64,000 nt of DNA from Azolla caroliniana (Eukaryota; Plantae; Polypodiophyta), in NCBI GenBank assembly GCA_043228905.1, contig JBHGNT010000006.1, positions 22,692,001 through 22,756,000 of the forward strand, read 5' to 3'. Shown in pieces: positions 61,131 to 64,000 of this stretch. Each line of letters starts with the position of its first letter. Position 1 is the first letter of the stretch. The notes under the pieces were generated by a model, which saw only the letters and a list, made by a program, of their open reading frames with translations, was not told the DNA's origin and made no database searches. Both the position numbers and the translations under genes were made by a program.

Positions 61131-62590
61131 ATTGGTCATCCCGACTCAGCCACTCATTCGGTCCACTTAACCGAAATGAGATCAGACTCTCTTCTAGAGT
61201 GCCGAGGTCTTCATCTTCTATCTGGACCGATTTAGTCTCACTAGCCTCATCCTCCGGTATTGGGTTGGGGTCGGAAGTCAGAGCTGGTAAGGCATACCAT
61301 GATGTCGTCTCATCAAACTCAACATCCTGGCTAACTCGGACTTGCTCATTCGGTCCACTAAACCGAAATGAGATCGGACTCTCTTCTAGAGTGTCGAGGT
61401 TTTCATCTTCTATCTGAACCGATTCAGGCTCACTAGCCTCATCCTCCGGTATTGGTTCGGGGTCGGAAGTTGGAGCCGGTAAGGCATACCATGATGTCGT
61501 CTCATCAAACTCAACATCCCGGCTAACTCGAACCTACTTCGATCGGGGGTTATAACACTTATACCCTTTTGCTCATGCGAGTAACCGACCAGGATGCATT
61601 TCTCCGACTTTGCATCCAACTTCCTCCGCTTCTCATCCGGCACATGCACATATGCAATGCTACCGAATATCCGAAGGTGTCTCAAATTCGGCTTGCGCTC
61701 GAAATAGAGCTCATGCGCGGACACCTTGTTACCGATCTAGTTTATGATGTAGACGGTCGTCCGGACCGCCTCCGCCCAGTAGAAATGGGGCATGTTTTTC
61801 TCCTCCAACATTGCCCTTGCCGCATCGACAATCGATCGGTTCTTCCTTTCGGCCACACCATTTTGCTCCGGTGTGTATCTGCAGTTGAACTCTCTCCAAA
61901 TTCCTTTTTGTTGCAGATAACTGTTGAATTGGCCGGAAATTTATTTTTTTCCGCCATCCGACCGTAGGCACTTGATCTTCCTCTCCGTTTCCCGTTCAAC
62001 CAGGTTTTGCAGGTTCCGGAAACACTTGAAGACTTCACTCTTCCGCTCAATGAGGTAGATCCATGTGTGCCAGCTGTAGTCGTCGATGAAGGAGACAAAA
62101 TACTGACTCCTGCCAAGACTAACGTTCTGTGCCAGTCCCCATACATCCGAATGAATAAGGTCGAGCTTGTTACGGCTACAGTTTCATTTGGTGGGGAATG
62201 GAAGCCGGTGTTGCTTCCCAAGTTGGTAAGATTCACATATTTGGGCCTTCTGGCCACTGAACTTTGGCAAACCGAAAATAACTTGTTTCGTTTGCAGGTC
62301 TTGAAGCCTCTGGTAATTGACGTGGCCAATCCGCTTGTGCTAGAGATCGATATCCGATTTAATCTTCTGTCCTTTGGCGAACAAAGCGGTGCCGATGTCA
62401 TTGGTGTCGAGGATAAACATCCTCTCGTCTCTGCGCCCTTGCCCAATGATTTGGCCCTCTTCCTTGATGAAGCACCCGAGGTGTGTAAACCGCACCTGCA
62501 TCCCCTGGTCAACGATCTGACCGACTGACACCAGGTTCTTCGTGATAGTCGGAACGTGTAATATGTTCATCAGCTTCCCTGTCACGGATC
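61131..62590 (-). mobile_element. Copia (family B-related) PR-end/INT fragment with 192-bp tandem duplication
   Basis: LHVPTITKNLVSVGQIVDQGMQVRF, KPNLRHLRIFGSIAYVHVPDEKRRKLDAKSEKCILVGY; duplicated units at 61153 and 61345. Confidence 0.88.
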
Positions 62591-62709
62591 ATAAACTCAA
62601 GAGACAAGCAAGAAGATAACCAAATGGACAAGAAAGAAGATAGTATTAAAGGAAAGACTCCATAACTGGTGTTGTTCAACATGAATTCCTTCAAGGTGAA
62701 CTCCTCTAT

Positions 62710-64000
62710 TTATACTACATGGCATGCATACTTGTTGCACGCTTGGACGACCTTTGGGGCATTTTGTAAATTTGCCGATGGTTCCCATGTGGCCTCAGAC
62801 ATGGGGTAACCCCTCCATAGGACGAGGTATTGCAAGTGTCGACGGTGCCAACGCGAGTCAAGGATTTGGTCGACCTCGTATTCCTCCCCTGTCGTCAATT
62901 GCACAGGTGGTGGTGGTGGGGTTTGACGTCCTGGGAGTTGTGAAACATAATGGGGTTCGAGGAGGGAGACATGAAAAACATCGTGAATCCGGAAGTGGGA
63001 TGGAAGGGCGAGCCGGAAGGCGACGGGATTGATGCACTCGATGATACGGAATGGTTCCAACTTCTTGTAATCAAGTTTCGCACATGGATGAGTAGTAGAG
63101 ATGTGTCGACATAACAACCAGACCATGTCTCCAACGACAAAGTGTGGAGTAGAAGATCAATGGAGATCAGCCTGCTTCTTGTATCGTTCACTAGCAAGAC
63201 TAAGCTCCAAGGATAAATCATGATGTAGTTCTTCCAAAATGCGGGCGCGATCCTCCGCCGAAGGGTTCACGGAAGTGGTAGGAAGGGGAATGTTGAAGCG
63301 AGGATGTAAACCGTAGTTGGCAAAGAAGGGAGTGACGCCAGTCGATGCATGGAGAGAATTATTGTAGGCGAATTCCGCGAGCGAAAGTAAGTTGACCCAA
63401 TCATCTTGTTGGTAACTAACCGAGCACCGAAGATACTGCTCAAGGATTTGGTTGACACGCTCCGTTTGCCCGTCAGTTTGGGGGTGATAAGTGGAGGACA
63501 ACTTGACAGAGATGCCTAAAGTTTGTAGCAAGCGCTGCCAGAAGTGAGAGACAAACTGGGGTCCACGATCCGAGATGACATCATCGGGGAGTCCATGCAA
63601 GCGTACCACATTGTTGAGTAGGAGATGCACCATTCCTTCTCCGGAAATGGTTTTGGAGTATGGAGTGAAGTGAGCCATCTTCGTAAACCGATCGACAACG
63701 ACCAACACCGAGTCATAGCTATTGACTAAGGGTAGATCAGTTATCAGGTCCATAGAGATAGAGGCCCAAGGACGACGAGGACATGGAAGCGGCTGTAGTA
63801 AGCCGTATGGCCAATGATGAATGGCTTTGGAGCGAGCACAAACCTCACAACTCTTTATGTATTCTTTGACCATCTTCCATGGTTGTGGCCACCAATACCC
63901 CCGAGAGATTAGCTCGAGAGTTTTCGCGACACCGAAATGACCTGCAAGTGGGTCATCGTGACATTCCCGCAACACTCGGGTGCGACATGGGCCCTCTGGG
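62710..64000 (-). mobile_element. Chromovirus Gypsy integrase + chromodomain fragment (runs off the window)
   Basis: ECHDDPLAGHFG, ISMDLITDLP, SDRGPQF, YHPQTDGQ, EEYEVDQILDS...YLVLWRGY...ATWEP. Confidence 0.93.

Overview
Land-plant nuclear DNA. The TE complement and gene style suggest a seed-free plant such as a fern, lycophyte or bryophyte, but this is inference. Bases 1-18 kb hold one intact three-exon group IIc WRKY transcription-factor gene (+, 7102-16132, 701 aa) with a W-box/G-box-rich upstream module and repeat-containing introns. From ~18 kb to the end is a nest of transposons. (1) A young full-length chromodomain Ty3/Gypsy element (29397-35169, TSD CCGGC) with a 10-unit heat-shock-element array, a self-priming (tRNA-independent) PBS and a gag/pol -1 frameshift signal. 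(2) A young full-length Tnt1-like Ty1/Copia (51724-57043, TSD CAGAC) plus three LTRs and two internal fragments of its family. (3) Two copies of a Gypsy lineage with a D-H-G/D-H-S protease, a tRNA-Trp PBS (seen in one copy) and a conserved -1 frameshift/pseudoknot between protease and RT. (4) Athila/Tat-like Gypsy remnants carrying an extra ORF after pol. (5) A second Copia family. (6) A Sola2-like DNA transposon (36389-43670) whose transposase intron is filled with a palindromic TAGCTAATTAGCTA satellite and which carries a convergent FCP1/SCP(NIF)-phosphatase-like ORF. Family names come from motif recall, not database searches.
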